Source of the DNA: a virus
Virus record (IMG/VR): IMGVR_UViG_3300005532_000002
Length of the DNA: 59,884 bases
Reading direction: 5' to 3' (one strand)
This document shows positions 17,615 to 26,150 of the stretch, piece by piece. Position 1 is the stretch's first letter; each line of letters opens with the position of its first letter. The position numbers and the translations under genes are program-made. The notes below the pieces were generated by a model that saw only the letters and a list, made by a program, of their open reading frames with translations, ran no database searches and had not been told where the DNA came from.

Positions 17615-18149
17615 ATGATTTCTCTAAATACTCCAATGCTTTGCGTAGCCCTTCGATGCTGTCGCCCAGCATGCCAATTCCTGTGTTGCATTTGCTGCAA
17701 AGCAAGCCCCGCACAACACCCGTTTTGTGATCGTGGTCAAGACAGGCCGCGGTCTCGCCCTTACGGGCACAAAGAATGATGTAATCGCCGCATATCGGGC
17801 ATTTGTTCCCCTGCCGAGAAAGGAGATCTCGCGCATCCTCCAGTTCTAAGCTATACGCCCTTTGGAAAAGAACGTTCTTCTCACGTACCCTTTGGGCCGG
17901 ACGTCTGCTGGCTTCGCGACTACGCTTTCGCTCTTTATCTTTGTTATTGTGGTAGTATCGTTTTTGGGCGGCTCTGTAGACCTCCGGCTTTTTGGCGCGC
18001 GACACGCGGGTATCACGTGTAGAGCAGGCTCGACAATGAGGTTTCCGGCCCCACATCCCATTGGGGTGTTTCTGGAAGTTATCCAGGGATTTCCACTCGC
18101 CGCAGCCCGTGCAAATTCGTCCGGCCGGTGGTACACTCTGTTCGGTCAT
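17574..18149 (-). CDS. Endonuclease VII-family (HNH-like) homing-type endonuclease
   Basis: CPICG..CLDHDHKTGVVRGLLCSKCNTGIG motif, SD GGAGG, lower GC, overlaps the next gene by 41 nt. Confidence 0.8.
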   Translation of the reverse strand: MTEQSVPPAGRICTGCGEWKSLDNFQKHPNGMWGRKPHCRACSTRDTRVSRAKKPEVYRAAQKRYYHNNKDKERKRSREASRRPAQRVREKNVLFQRAYSLELEDARDLLSRQGNKCPICGDYIILCARKGETAACLDHDHKTGVVRGLLCSKCNTGIGMLGDSIEGLRKALEYLEKSYAATSGRHRQPEP

Positions 18150-18217
18150 TCGGGCGCCTCCAACGCTCGGATGGCAAGGGAGCTGCCGCCGATCCCAACG
18201 GTGACGGCTCCCGCATT

Positions 18218-18838
18218 TTACCCGGTTTTCGAAGAAGACGCCACTATTGCTGCTCCTTCGGAGAGATTTTCCTTTGCCGATACGGCTGACATTTGCCCCT
18301 GCAGAAGTGCCTTCGACAATTTGGATGCTAGAATTTTTATCAAAGCTTCAGTGTAGTCATTGTTCCAGGTTCCGGGGTCTGTGATCTGCCCGGTATAAAC
18401 CGCGATTGCCGAGGACGTGTTGGTCAAGATTACCTGTTGGGCCGGCGACAGCGTATCATCATTACAGAGGCGCCATACGCTCGGCTGCGGATCGAGATCG
18501 AACATCAGCCCTGGCGGCGCTACGATCGCGCCAAGCTTCAGGCAGTCGGAGGGGTAGGCGTATTCGTAGAGCCAGCCGGGCGGCGGATAGGCCGTCGTCC
18601 ACGGCTGGTTCGGGTTGAAGCCGCCGGGCGGCGGCGGCCCCTTGAGCAGGGTCAGGGCGAGCGTGCGGCGGGCGAAGGGCCAGTCGCGCGCGCGCAACAG
18701 CTCGTCCCGGGTCTGGCCGTAGGTCGCCAGCGCCGCGCGGGCGGCGGGGGAGCCCTCGTACAGATCGGCGATCAGGCGCTGTTGCCCGGCTTCGATGAGC
18801 GCGACATTGACGATATCTTCCGGGGCCGCATAAGGCAT
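18218..18838 (-). CDS. gp11-like tail tubular protein A, paralog 2
   Basis: DIVNVALIEAG..WPFARR..PPGWLYEYAYPSDCL..VILTN..AVYT shared with paralogs 1 and 3. Confidence 0.6.
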   Translation of the reverse strand: MPYAAPEDIVNVALIEAGQQRLIADLYEGSPAARAALATYGQTRDELLRARDWPFARRTLALTLLKGPPPPGGFNPNQPWTTAYPPPGWLYEYAYPSDCLKLGAIVAPPGLMFDLDPQPSVWRLCNDDTLSPAQQVILTNTSSAIAVYTGQITDPGTWNNDYTEALIKILASKLSKALLQGQMSAVSAKENLSEGAAIVASSSKTG

Positions 18839-18841
18839 GGA

Positions 18842-19411
18842 TCAGATCTCGTCCACCAGCTCGGCGAGCTGTGCGAAGGCTTGCGACTCTTCCAGGATCT
18901 CCTTGGCGAAGTCCGGCCGCCCGGCGAGCGCCATCGCCAGCGGATTGGCGAGCCGCCGCGCCACCGCCTCGATGAAAGCCGAGTCCCAAAGGTTTTCCTG
19001 CCCGACGCCCGGCATGCCGCTGGTATAGACGGCATAGGCGCTCGTGAGGTTGCAAACGACGACTTTTGCGGTTAGCCCGGCATCGAAGGCGACCTGGGCG
19101 CGCACCGGTTGCGGATCGTTCGCGACGACATTGGCCGGTGCGGGGCGCACTTGCCGGAGCCTCAGGCAGTCCGCCGGATAGAGATATTCCGCGCTCCACG
19201 GCGGCGGGATCGTGCCGCCCACGGCCGGGGCAAGCGCCGCGGTGCGCCGCGCGAAAGCGGGATCGAGCTGGCGCAGCAGCAGGTTGACCGCCGGCGCGTA
19301 CAACACGCCCGCGGCGTTGCCGGCCGGACTGCCGTCGTTGAGACCGGTGATCGTGGTCTGCGCCGCGATCAGTTCCAGGGCTTCGTTGACAACCGAAACA
19401 GATGTGACCAT
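18842..19411 (-). CDS. gp11-like tail tubular protein A, paralog 3
   Basis: VVNEALELIAAQ..FARR..PPWSAEYLYPADCL..CNLTSAYAVYT. Confidence 0.6.
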   Translation of the reverse strand: MVTSVSVVNEALELIAAQTTITGLNDGSPAGNAAGVLYAPAVNLLLRQLDPAFARRTAALAPAVGGTIPPPWSAEYLYPADCLRLRQVRPAPANVVANDPQPVRAQVAFDAGLTAKVVVCNLTSAYAVYTSGMPGVGQENLWDSAFIEAVARRLANPLAMALAGRPDFAKEILEESQAFAQLAELVDEI

Positions 19412-19437
19412 AGATCTTCTACAGGGCTCAACGGGGG

Positions 19438-20553
19438 ATGGCTGTTATGAGCGAAGACGAGGAACGCCTTATTATTGCGGCGCTCTATCCGGCTCTCCTC
19501 GGCAGAGATCCCGATCCCGACGGATCCCGCTATTTCATGCGCATGCTGCACGAGCAAGGGCTGCCGACCGGGCTGGCCGCGGTGCTGCATCACATGATCG
19601 GATCTCAAGAGCATCGGCAGCACAGCCAACTGTCGCAACATTCGGGTCTGATCTACGAAGCGGCCGCCTTTCTGGCGGAACGCACCGATCCGAAAATTCA
19701 ATACGAGAGCGGCGAACCGTCCCAACATCGTCCCGCCTGGCGACTGTGCACCGCCAAGCAGTTGCGCGACCCGGCCGCCGAATTCTGGCGGGCGGCGCGG
19801 CGCGCGCCACCGGGGATGCACCGGAAATCCTGGGAATGGGATTACATCCTGCAAAATTTGTGCAGCTTCGGAATGTTGCGGCCCCCGTGCAAGGGATTGG
19901 GGTTTGCGGTCGGCCGCGAACCCCTGGCCGCGGTCATGGCGGCCCGCGGCTGCACGATCGTGGCGACCGACGCCCCGCCCGCGTTGGCCGCGCTGGGCGG
20001 CTGGGCGCAAACCGCTCAGCACGCCAACAGACTGGATGACCTCAACGGCGAGGCCTTGTGCGATCCTGACGGGTTCCGCGAGAGGGTGAGGTTTCGGCAC
20101 GTCGATATGAACGATATCCCTGCGGATCTTGCCGGTTTCGACTTTCTTTGGTCATCCTGCGCCTTCGAACATCTCGGCTCGCTCGAACACGGCATGCGTT
20201 TTGTCGAGCGCGCCATGGATTGCCTGCGTCCGGGCGGTGTTGCCGTTCACACCACGGAGTTCAATCTCAGCTCGAACCGCCTGACGTTCGAGGGGCTGCC
20301 CACGAGCGTTTATCGCAAATGTGACATCGAGCAGCTTTATGTTCGTCTGCAAGACGCGGGACACCAACTCTTCCCGCTTAATCTCGCCGTTGGCGGCGAG
20401 CCGGAAGATCTGCACGTCGACACGCCACCCTATTTCCGGGCGATTCCCTATGGCGGCAGCGAGCCGGCGTCTCTCAAATTACTGACCCAGGATCGCAACC
20501 TCAGAATCATCGTCACTTCCCTGGGAATTGTGGTGCAACGCAAGATCGCCTGA
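19438..20553 (+). CDS. DUF4214-domain plus class-I SAM-dependent methyltransferase, opposite-strand insert in the late operon
   Basis: LYPALLGRDPDPDGSRYF (DUF4214-like); LGFAVGREP..FDFLWSSCAFEHLG..LRPGGVAVH (methyltransferase motifs). Confidence 0.75.
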   Translation: MAVMSEDEERLIIAALYPALLGRDPDPDGSRYFMRMLHEQGLPTGLAAVLHHMIGSQEHRQHSQLSQHSGLIYEAAAFLAERTDPKIQYESGEPSQHRPAWRLCTAKQLRDPAAEFWRAARRAPPGMHRKSWEWDYILQNLCSFGMLRPPCKGLGFAVGREPLAAVMAARGCTIVATDAPPALAALGGWAQTAQHANRLDDLNGEALCDPDGFRERVRFRHVDMNDIPADLAGFDFLWSSCAFEHLGSLEHGMRFVERAMDCLRPGGVAVHTTEFNLSSNRLTFEGLPTSVYRKCDIEQLYVRLQDAGHQLFPLNLAVGGEPEDLHVDTPPYFRAIPYGGSEPASLKLLTQDRNLRIIVTSLGIVVQRKIA

Positions 20554-20570
20554 ATCGGGGGCGCGGGTTC

Positions 20571-22631
20571 TCAATGCAGCTCCTGCACTGTGCCTGAAAC
20601 GTTGTGCTGAGTGAACGCATCGCCTGCGGCGCTGCTGGCCTGCGCCACATCGAACCAATATGCCGTGCCGTCCGTCAGCCCCGTGAGGCGGCCCATCAGA
20701 CAATAAGGCTCATTCCCGCTCGCCACCGGGCTGACCATCGACGTGGAATAGGGCGCGGCGGTCCCGGTCACCGCAGCACCATTGGTGGGGGCAGCCCCGG
20801 TGCCATAATAGATCTGCAAATTGCCGCCGGCGCCCGAAACCGCGTTCGCCGCCTGCCCGCAGATATTCACGATCACCGTCCCGGTATATTGCGGGATTAG
20901 GCTCATTGCGAGCCCCGTCATTACGAATGTCGTCGACGAAGTTCCGGGCGGCGAAGCGGTGGTGGCGAATCCGGTGTTGACTGCCTGATTAACGCAGGCT
21001 CCTTTTACGTTCGGGCGGGTGGTATAGGGGAAAAAGGTTGCCGCGATGCGCTGATTCATCGACGCGCTGCAATACACGTCGGCGCCGCTTGGCCCCCCGT
21101 TATTGGTGAACCAGCCGCCAACCTGAACCTGCGCTGTCGCGTCGTCGATCTCGATCCCGTAGCCGGAGGCGTAAATCGTTTGCCCAGCTATAGATATCTG
21201 GCAATTCGGGCATTGTTGTATGCGGACATTGGCGGCCCCTTGCGAGTTGCTGTCCCAGCCATCGAGGACGATCTGCTGAGAAGATTGCGCGACGGCCTCG
21301 TTTATCAGCACGTTGTAATTCGTGGCCGTGTCCAATGCGGACGGATCTTGCAGAACCAATTGCGCATTGGGGACGCTGGACAGAGTGTTATCGGCCTGGA
21401 CGTTAACCCCGTTCAACAGGATATCGCTGTTGACGATTATGGCGTTGCCGCCGCCGCCCAATCTGAGGCCGACCGCAGAATGTGCGAAGGTGCCACCGAT
21501 AAAGGTGTTGCTGACGGATGGGTTTGGCTGCGCATCGGGCGACCAGACATCGACGGCGTCATTGATCGCCGACGACGAGACGTTAATGATGTTCGGAGAG
21601 TTGTCCGACTGGAGACCAAGGCCGTTGTAGTCCTTGCCGGCCCCTTGGACCGCATCATCGCCGATTATGACGTTTTGGACAGTGCAATTCATGCACCCGA
21701 TCAAGCGGAAGGCATAACCTCCGCCCATTGTTACCGATGACGACAGGCGGAAGTTCTCGAATGTATTGCGATAGGACAGAGCGGAAGGAGTGTCGGCCCC
21801 GAATTTAATCAAATCCGTCGTGGTCGATGCGCCGCTGTAGACGAGGGCTGCGCCGGAGGCATCCACCGTCGCGCCGTTAACACCGCCCGATGTGGCGGCG
21901 GCAACCGGAGTTGTGAACGCGCATGTGGCGCCCGAGAGGACGGCCTTGCCGCTGTTGGCGGCGGCCCATGTGAATGCGTCGGTGACAATCGCGTCGTCAT
22001 GCGCAGCGAGGCCGGTACAGGCTGGCTCGTATTTCACCTTCCCGGGATAGAAAGGAACTGAAGATGACCATGAGGCATATCCCGACAACGTCGGATCGGT
22101 CGCAGAAAACGATAGGCCCGTGCCGTCGCGAACTGCGGTCGACCCGTTCCAGACGGCGGCATCGCCAGCGGCGGGAAATGGCGATGTCGGCGCGATGACG
22201 TTGCCATTGCCGGCGCCGGGGAATGGATAGGTCGTGCCGTTCAGATTGATGTTGAAGCTTGGTGCCAGCGTGCCGCCGAGGCCGGAGACGCTGAGCAGCG
22301 CATTGCCGTTGCCGTCGAAGCCCCAGCAGAATTGCGTGTACGGGCCGCTCGCATAGGCGCTCCACTGGCAGTTCCCGAGACCCGAGTTGACGATGCCGAG
22401 CCCCGTGGGCCGCGTGCCGGGCAACGCGCTGTTCTGCGGCGGCTGGTTCATCTGCGAGGGACCGCCGGCGTCCATGAGCTGGCCATTGCCGACGCCCATC
22501 AGCAGATGACCGTTCGTCACCGGCCCGAGCTGCTGCATGACGGCCTGCGCCAGGCCGACGGCAGCGGGCGCAAAAATCAGGGCCGCGGCGAGGGCGGCCC
22601 ACAGACGCGCGGCTTTCCTAACCCACGTCAT
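20571..22631 (-). CDS. Second beta-helix tailspike/depolymerase-like protein with signal-peptide-like N-terminus
   Basis: Internal ATG (aa 26) in an ATGA overlap with the HNH stop. MTWVRKAARLWAALAAALIFAPAAVGLAQA. G/N/T-rich beta-helix-like repeats. Confidence 0.7.
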   Translation of the reverse strand: MTWVRKAARLWAALAAALIFAPAAVGLAQAVMQQLGPVTNGHLLMGVGNGQLMDAGGPSQMNQPPQNSALPGTRPTGLGIVNSGLGNCQWSAYASGPYTQFCWGFDGNGNALLSVSGLGGTLAPSFNINLNGTTYPFPGAGNGNVIAPTSPFPAAGDAAVWNGSTAVRDGTGLSFSATDPTLSGYASWSSSVPFYPGKVKYEPACTGLAAHDDAIVTDAFTWAAANSGKAVLSGATCAFTTPVAAATSGGVNGATVDASGAALVYSGASTTTDLIKFGADTPSALSYRNTFENFRLSSSVTMGGGYAFRLIGCMNCTVQNVIIGDDAVQGAGKDYNGLGLQSDNSPNIINVSSSAINDAVDVWSPDAQPNPSVSNTFIGGTFAHSAVGLRLGGGGNAIIVNSDILLNGVNVQADNTLSSVPNAQLVLQDPSALDTATNYNVLINEAVAQSSQQIVLDGWDSNSQGAANVRIQQCPNCQISIAGQTIYASGYGIEIDDATAQVQVGGWFTNNGGPSGADVYCSASMNQRIAATFFPYTTRPNVKGACVNQAVNTGFATTASPPGTSSTTFVMTGLAMSLIPQYTGTVIVNICGQAANAVSGAGGNLQIYYGTGAAPTNGAAVTGTAAPYSTSMVSPVASGNEPYCLMGRLTGLTDGTAYWFDVAQASSAAGDAFTQHNVSGTVQELH

Positions 22632-23191
22632 AGCAAAAGCCCCTGTCCCGTGACCGGATCGAGCGGTCTGTCTTTCTTGCTGCAATTGCAGCTCCTGCAG
22701 GCGCACACGCTGTTCTCAATGGTATTCGACCCGCCCCTTGCAAGCGGGATAATATGATCGTGCGTCGGGCGCCGAGTCTTGGTCCAAGGTTTCCCGCACC
22801 AATAACATCGGGGCGACCGAGCAATGAGGGCTCGCCAATCCGCGGCCGTAAATTTACCAAGAGCAGCCCGCTTGAGGGCGCGGCGGCGCTGCGATTGCGC
22901 CTTAATTCTATCAGGATTGTCCTGGACCCATTCGCGTTTATATTCCCGAACGCGCTCAGGGAAAGTCGCCCGATAAACACGCGCGTAATTACGTTTTGGC
23001 TCTGGGTTGGCCGCATATTTGATGCGGCTTTGCTCGTTTATCTGTTCCCTGTTGGCTGCGTACCAGGCGCGCTTTCGTTCTTTTACAAGTTCGCGGTGGC
23101 GGGCATTCCAGCCCCTCATATATGCCCGATGATATGCGCGCCTTCGCTCTTGCGCGGTCGGCTTTTGGGATTCACAATCATCTTTGGTCAT
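22628..23191 (-). CDS. HNH homing-type endonuclease
   Basis: HDHIIPLARGGSNTIENSVCACRSCNCSK, SD AGGAG 7 nt before the ATG at 23191, lower GC. Confidence 0.8.
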   Translation of the reverse strand: MTKDDCESQKPTAQERRRAYHRAYMRGWNARHRELVKERKRAWYAANREQINEQSRIKYAANPEPKRNYARVYRATFPERVREYKREWVQDNPDRIKAQSQRRRALKRAALGKFTAADWRALIARSPRCYWCGKPWTKTRRPTHDHIIPLARGGSNTIENSVCACRSCNCSKKDRPLDPVTGQGLLL

Positions 23192-23276
23192 CGGTCTGCT
23201 CCTACAGATCGGTGGCAAGTGGCGGGTCGGAAGGTCGCACTTTCGGCCCGCCGCGCATTGTACTAGAATCATGGCG

Positions 23277-23627
23277 CTAGCCAAGAAATTCCAAGACCGT
23301 AAAGGGATTATTGGAGCCGCTCGCGGCCGCCGCATTCCAGGCGCAGCCGCACTGTCCGACGAGGCTGAAATAGGTGCCGGGGGCGATCGGAATCGAGCCG
23401 GCCCCGCCAGCGCTCACCGCATTGCCGTTGTTGTCGAGTGCCGGGCAGACATAGACCGTCACGGTGCCGGGGTTAGCGAAGGTGATGCCGGCGCGTGTCA
23501 GGTTCTGGCCGACGATCTGCACCGAGGTCGTGCCGAGCATGATCGGATAGACGATCGGCGAGGAGACGCGCGGGTTGGTCAGCACCTCGATGAAGGTGCC
23601 GGCATTTCCCGACAGCGGCACGCTCAA
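23277..23627 (-). CDS. Hypothetical beta-rich head/tail-module protein
   Basis: ORF 23277..23627, non-repetitive composition, overlaps the upstream gene by 4 nt. Confidence 0.55.
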   Translation of the reverse strand: MSVPLSGNAGTFIEVLTNPRVSSPIVYPIMLGTTSVQIVGQNLTRAGITFANPGTVTVYVCPALDNNGNAVSAGGAGSIPIAPGTYFSLVGQCGCAWNAAAASGSNNPFTVLEFLG

Positions 23628-23833
23628 TGGGGGATTCCGGTGCCGGTGCCGTCGGCCGGGTTGTCGCCCGGGTTCAAGCGCTCGACGTGGCTGCGGCGGT
23701 CGGAAAGCTCGGGGCCGATGTGCACGGTTGGCGGCGGCGCGGGGAGAGTGGGCGGATTGAGAATGGCCGCCGCTTCGGCTTCGGACAGGCCGGGGATACT
23801 CGCCTCCGCGCGTACGGCCTCAATCGTCGTCAT
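23624..23833 (-). CDS. Hypothetical protein
   Basis: ORF 23624..23833, syntenic and overlapping its neighbours. Confidence 0.45.
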   Translation of the reverse strand: MTTIEAVRAEASIPGLSEAEAAAILNPPTLPAPPPTVHIGPELSDRRSHVERLNPGDNPADGTGTGIPH

Positions 23834-24152
23834 CGTCGGGAGCCTCTTCGAGGTCTTCGTCTTCGACCGCTATGCGCGCCAGCACCATTTCTATCCGGCA
23901 ATGCGGCGTGCCATCCGGCCCCTGGCTCTTCGAGACGTTCGTCACCTTCGCCATCGCGAAGAGGTGCAGGTAGTCGCCGACCTCGACGTCCTCGTCGTCC
24001 AGATCCAGCTTTTCGAGATCGTTTTCGTCGAAGCAGATGGACAGGCCGAACGGGTACTCGTCCGGCGTGACGGTCGGGGCATTCATCTGCGCCAAGCGCT
24101 CCGCCCGCTCGGCCGGCGTGCGCTTCATCGACACCATATGGCGGAAGGCCAC
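23820..24152 (-). CDS. Small acidic head-module protein
   Basis: ORF 23820..24152, acidic C-terminus EDEDLEEAPDDDDD. Confidence 0.55.
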   Translation of the reverse strand: MAFRHMVSMKRTPAERAERLAQMNAPTVTPDEYPFGLSICFDENDLEKLDLDDEDVEVGDYLHLFAMAKVTNVSKSQGPDGTPHCRIEMVLARIAVEDEDLEEAPDDDDD

Positions 24153-24155
24153 GGC

Positions 24156-24671
24156 CTATTCCTCCTCGCCGCCGGCCGCGGGCGCCGACTGTGCGAGGGC
24201 GGGCTGTGCGGGTGCGCCGCCCTCGCCGGAGCCGCCCCGCGACATCTCCTCGCCCTCTTCGGCGTCCTGCAGGTCGGCCTCGTGGCGCTGGTGCAGCATG
24301 GCCCGCTCGCGCTCGTGCCGATGGCGCAGCTCGTGATGCTCGGCATGGTGCTCGCGGTGCAGGTTGTGGCGCTCGTGCTCGTGGCGGCGGTGCAGATGCA
24401 CGACCTGGCGATGCGTGGTCGCGGCCTCGTGCTCCTTCTCGTGCCGCTCGTGCAGCGTCCGATGCTCGTCGCGATGTTCGCGGTGCTGGGCGATCCGCTC
24501 GGCCTCGTGGCGGCCTTCCATCTCGGCCCGCTCGGTGGCGTGCCGGGCGCGGAAGCCGCCGGACGCGTCGGGCTTCTGCGTCTCGGTGCGGCGGGTCTCG
24601 ACCGTCTTGCCGTCCTTGTCGTCGCCGTAGCGGCCGCGCGCCCGCTCCTCGCGGCTCATTCCCTCTGCCAT
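24156..24671 (-). CDS. Histidine/glutamate/arginine-rich protein
   Basis: HREHRDEHRTLHERHEKEHE..HLHRRHEHERHNLHREHHAEHHELRHRHERE. In line with neighbouring genes. Confidence 0.6.
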   Translation of the reverse strand: MAEGMSREERARGRYGDDKDGKTVETRRTETQKPDASGGFRARHATERAEMEGRHEAERIAQHREHRDEHRTLHERHEKEHEAATTHRQVVHLHRRHEHERHNLHREHHAEHHELRHRHERERAMLHQRHEADLQDAEEGEEMSRGGSGEGGAPAQPALAQSAPAAGGEEE

Positions 24672-24675
24672 GTCC

Positions 24676-24984
24676 TTATGCTCCTATGCGGTGCGCGACC
24701 GAGGCTTTCGGCCGGCTGTAGCGACGATGGGCCTTGCCGTGATGCCAATGCTCCATCGTCTCGGCCCGGATCGCGTCGCGGCGGATCTCGGGATTGCGCG
24801 AGCGCGTCGCCTGTTCGAGGCGCTCCTTCGGGATCGTTTCGTCTTCGGGAATGCCGAGTTCGCGGTGCAGCTTCCCTTTCTTGCCGCCCGGGTTCCAGTC
24901 CTTCTTCTTCACCCAGCGATGCTTGCGCTTGCCTTCGGCCACGGTCGGCCTCCTTGCCATGTCGATGAGCGTGGGGCCGGTCAT
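24676..24984 (-). CDS. Hypothetical basic protein
   Basis: ORF 24676..24984, KGKLHRELGIPEDETIP segment. Confidence 0.55.
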   Translation of the reverse strand: MTGPTLIDMARRPTVAEGKRKHRWVKKKDWNPGGKKGKLHRELGIPEDETIPKERLEQATRSRNPEIRRDAIRAETMEHWHHGKAHRRYSRPKASVAHRIGA

Positions 24985-25187
24985 CCCCGCCTCCGCGGGG
25001 ACGCCGGCTTACGGTAGCGGGCGCGGGCGCGGCTCTTCTCGAACCGCTTGCACCAGTCGCCCGGATCGATCCGGCCGGCGACGATCGCGCAGGTGTGCGG
25101 CGGTTCAAAATGCCGGCACAGGCCGCAGTGGTTCGGGCCTTGGGCGGGATGCTCGAAGCCGACGTCAGCTTTTGCGAGTTTTGCCAT
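24981..25187 (-). CDS. Small Cys-containing protein
   Basis: ORF 24981..25187, HCGLCRHF..C..WC, 4-nt overlap with the next gene. Confidence 0.55.
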   Translation of the reverse strand: MAKLAKADVGFEHPAQGPNHCGLCRHFEPPHTCAIVAGRIDPGDWCKRFEKSRARARYRKPASPRRRG

Positions 25188-25362
25188 AGCGGCGTGCGGC
25201 TCGTTCGGCCCGTGTCGGCCCCTTGAAGTGCTTGCCAGCTTTCTGATCGGCCTTCACGAACTCCTCGCCGACCGATTGCGGCACTCCGGCACGCTTGGCC
25301 GCCTCCGGATCGTGGGCGATCATCTCCATGAAGCGGTGCTGACGACCGGAAGAGGAGGGCAT
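25165..25362 (-). CDS. Small basic protein (DUF3008-like)
   Basis: ORF 25165..25362. Confidence 0.45.
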   Translation of the reverse strand: MPSSSGRQHRFMEMIAHDPEAAKRAGVPQSVGEEFVKADQKAGKHFKGPTRAERAARRYGKTRKS

Positions 25363-25363
25363 A

Positions 25364-25708
25364 TCAACACGCGGCCGCCGACGAGATCAGTTGCCCGCTC
25401 GATGTGAAACAGGCGTAGGTGACCGCCGTGCCGCTCGGCAGGCTGCTGAATTTCAGCGAGGTCAGGTTGGCGGGCGCCGTCGCGGTATTGGCGAGCTGGC
25501 TGGCACTGGCGAAAACATGCAGCCCGGTCGCGGTATAGAGTTCGACCAGCTCGTTGCCGGTCATGCTCGCGATCAGCGGATAGACGGTTTGCGCCGCCGC
25601 GACCTCCAGGCCCCGGAGCAGCCCGGATTGCGGCGTGAGGAAGTCGAAGGCGATCAGCAACAGGATCGCCAGCTTCCACGGCCACAGCCGCTGTTTACCC
25701 TCTTTCAT
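25364..25708 (-). CDS. Secreted or membrane-anchored hypothetical protein
   Basis: N-terminal hydrophobic segment WPWKLAILLLIAFDF. Confidence 0.5.
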   Translation of the reverse strand: MKEGKQRLWPWKLAILLLIAFDFLTPQSGLLRGLEVAAAQTVYPLIASMTGNELVELYTATGLHVFASASQLANTATAPANLTSLKFSSLPSGTAVTYACFTSSGQLISSAAAC

Positions 25709-25802
25709 ATCAGTGTTCCTCCTGTGTTCCGCTTGTGGCGATGATGTCGCGCGCGCACCTCTCCTGCGCCGTGAGGGATGCGGCCAGAGGGAGAAGAAGA
25801 GC

Positions 25803-26150
25803 GTGAAGCTTGCCTTGATGGGCGCCGTTCTGTGTGGCGCTCTGCTTGCCTCGGTGCCGCAGGGGCATGCCTGCCCCGATTACCTCGGTTGCGCCGATCA
25901 TTCGCCGTTGTCACAGGCGTCCGCAGACGATCTGGATTACGGGGCGGCGCTCGATCAGGCGCGAACCGACGGCGAGGATCTCACCCGGTCCGAGATCGAC
26001 ATGAGCATTAATCCGGCGCAGGCCGGCGCCGATGGCGCGGCGCTGACCAACAACGAGACCGGGGCGGCGCTCGACGAGTTCGACCGCCGACCTAGGAGGG
26101 CGGCGCCCATGTCATCGCCGCCGCGCCGGTGGCGCTCAGGCGATAACTGA
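25803..26150 (+). CDS. Small secreted acidic protein, opposite-strand insert
   Basis: GTG in the frame of ORF 25635..26150, purine-rich GGGAGAAGAAGAG upstream, signal-like VKLALMGAVLCGALLASVPQGHA. Confidence 0.4.
   Translation: MKLALMGAVLCGALLASVPQGHACPDYLGCADHSPLSQASADDLDYGAALDQARTDGEDLTRSEIDMSINPAQAGADGAALTNNETGAALDEFDRRPRRAAPMSSPPRRWRSGDN

Noticed and set aside
23184-24968. 594-aa plus-strand ORF across the small head-module genes.
   Set aside because: It is antisense to a chain of coupled minus-strand genes. It has low-complexity composition and no motifs.
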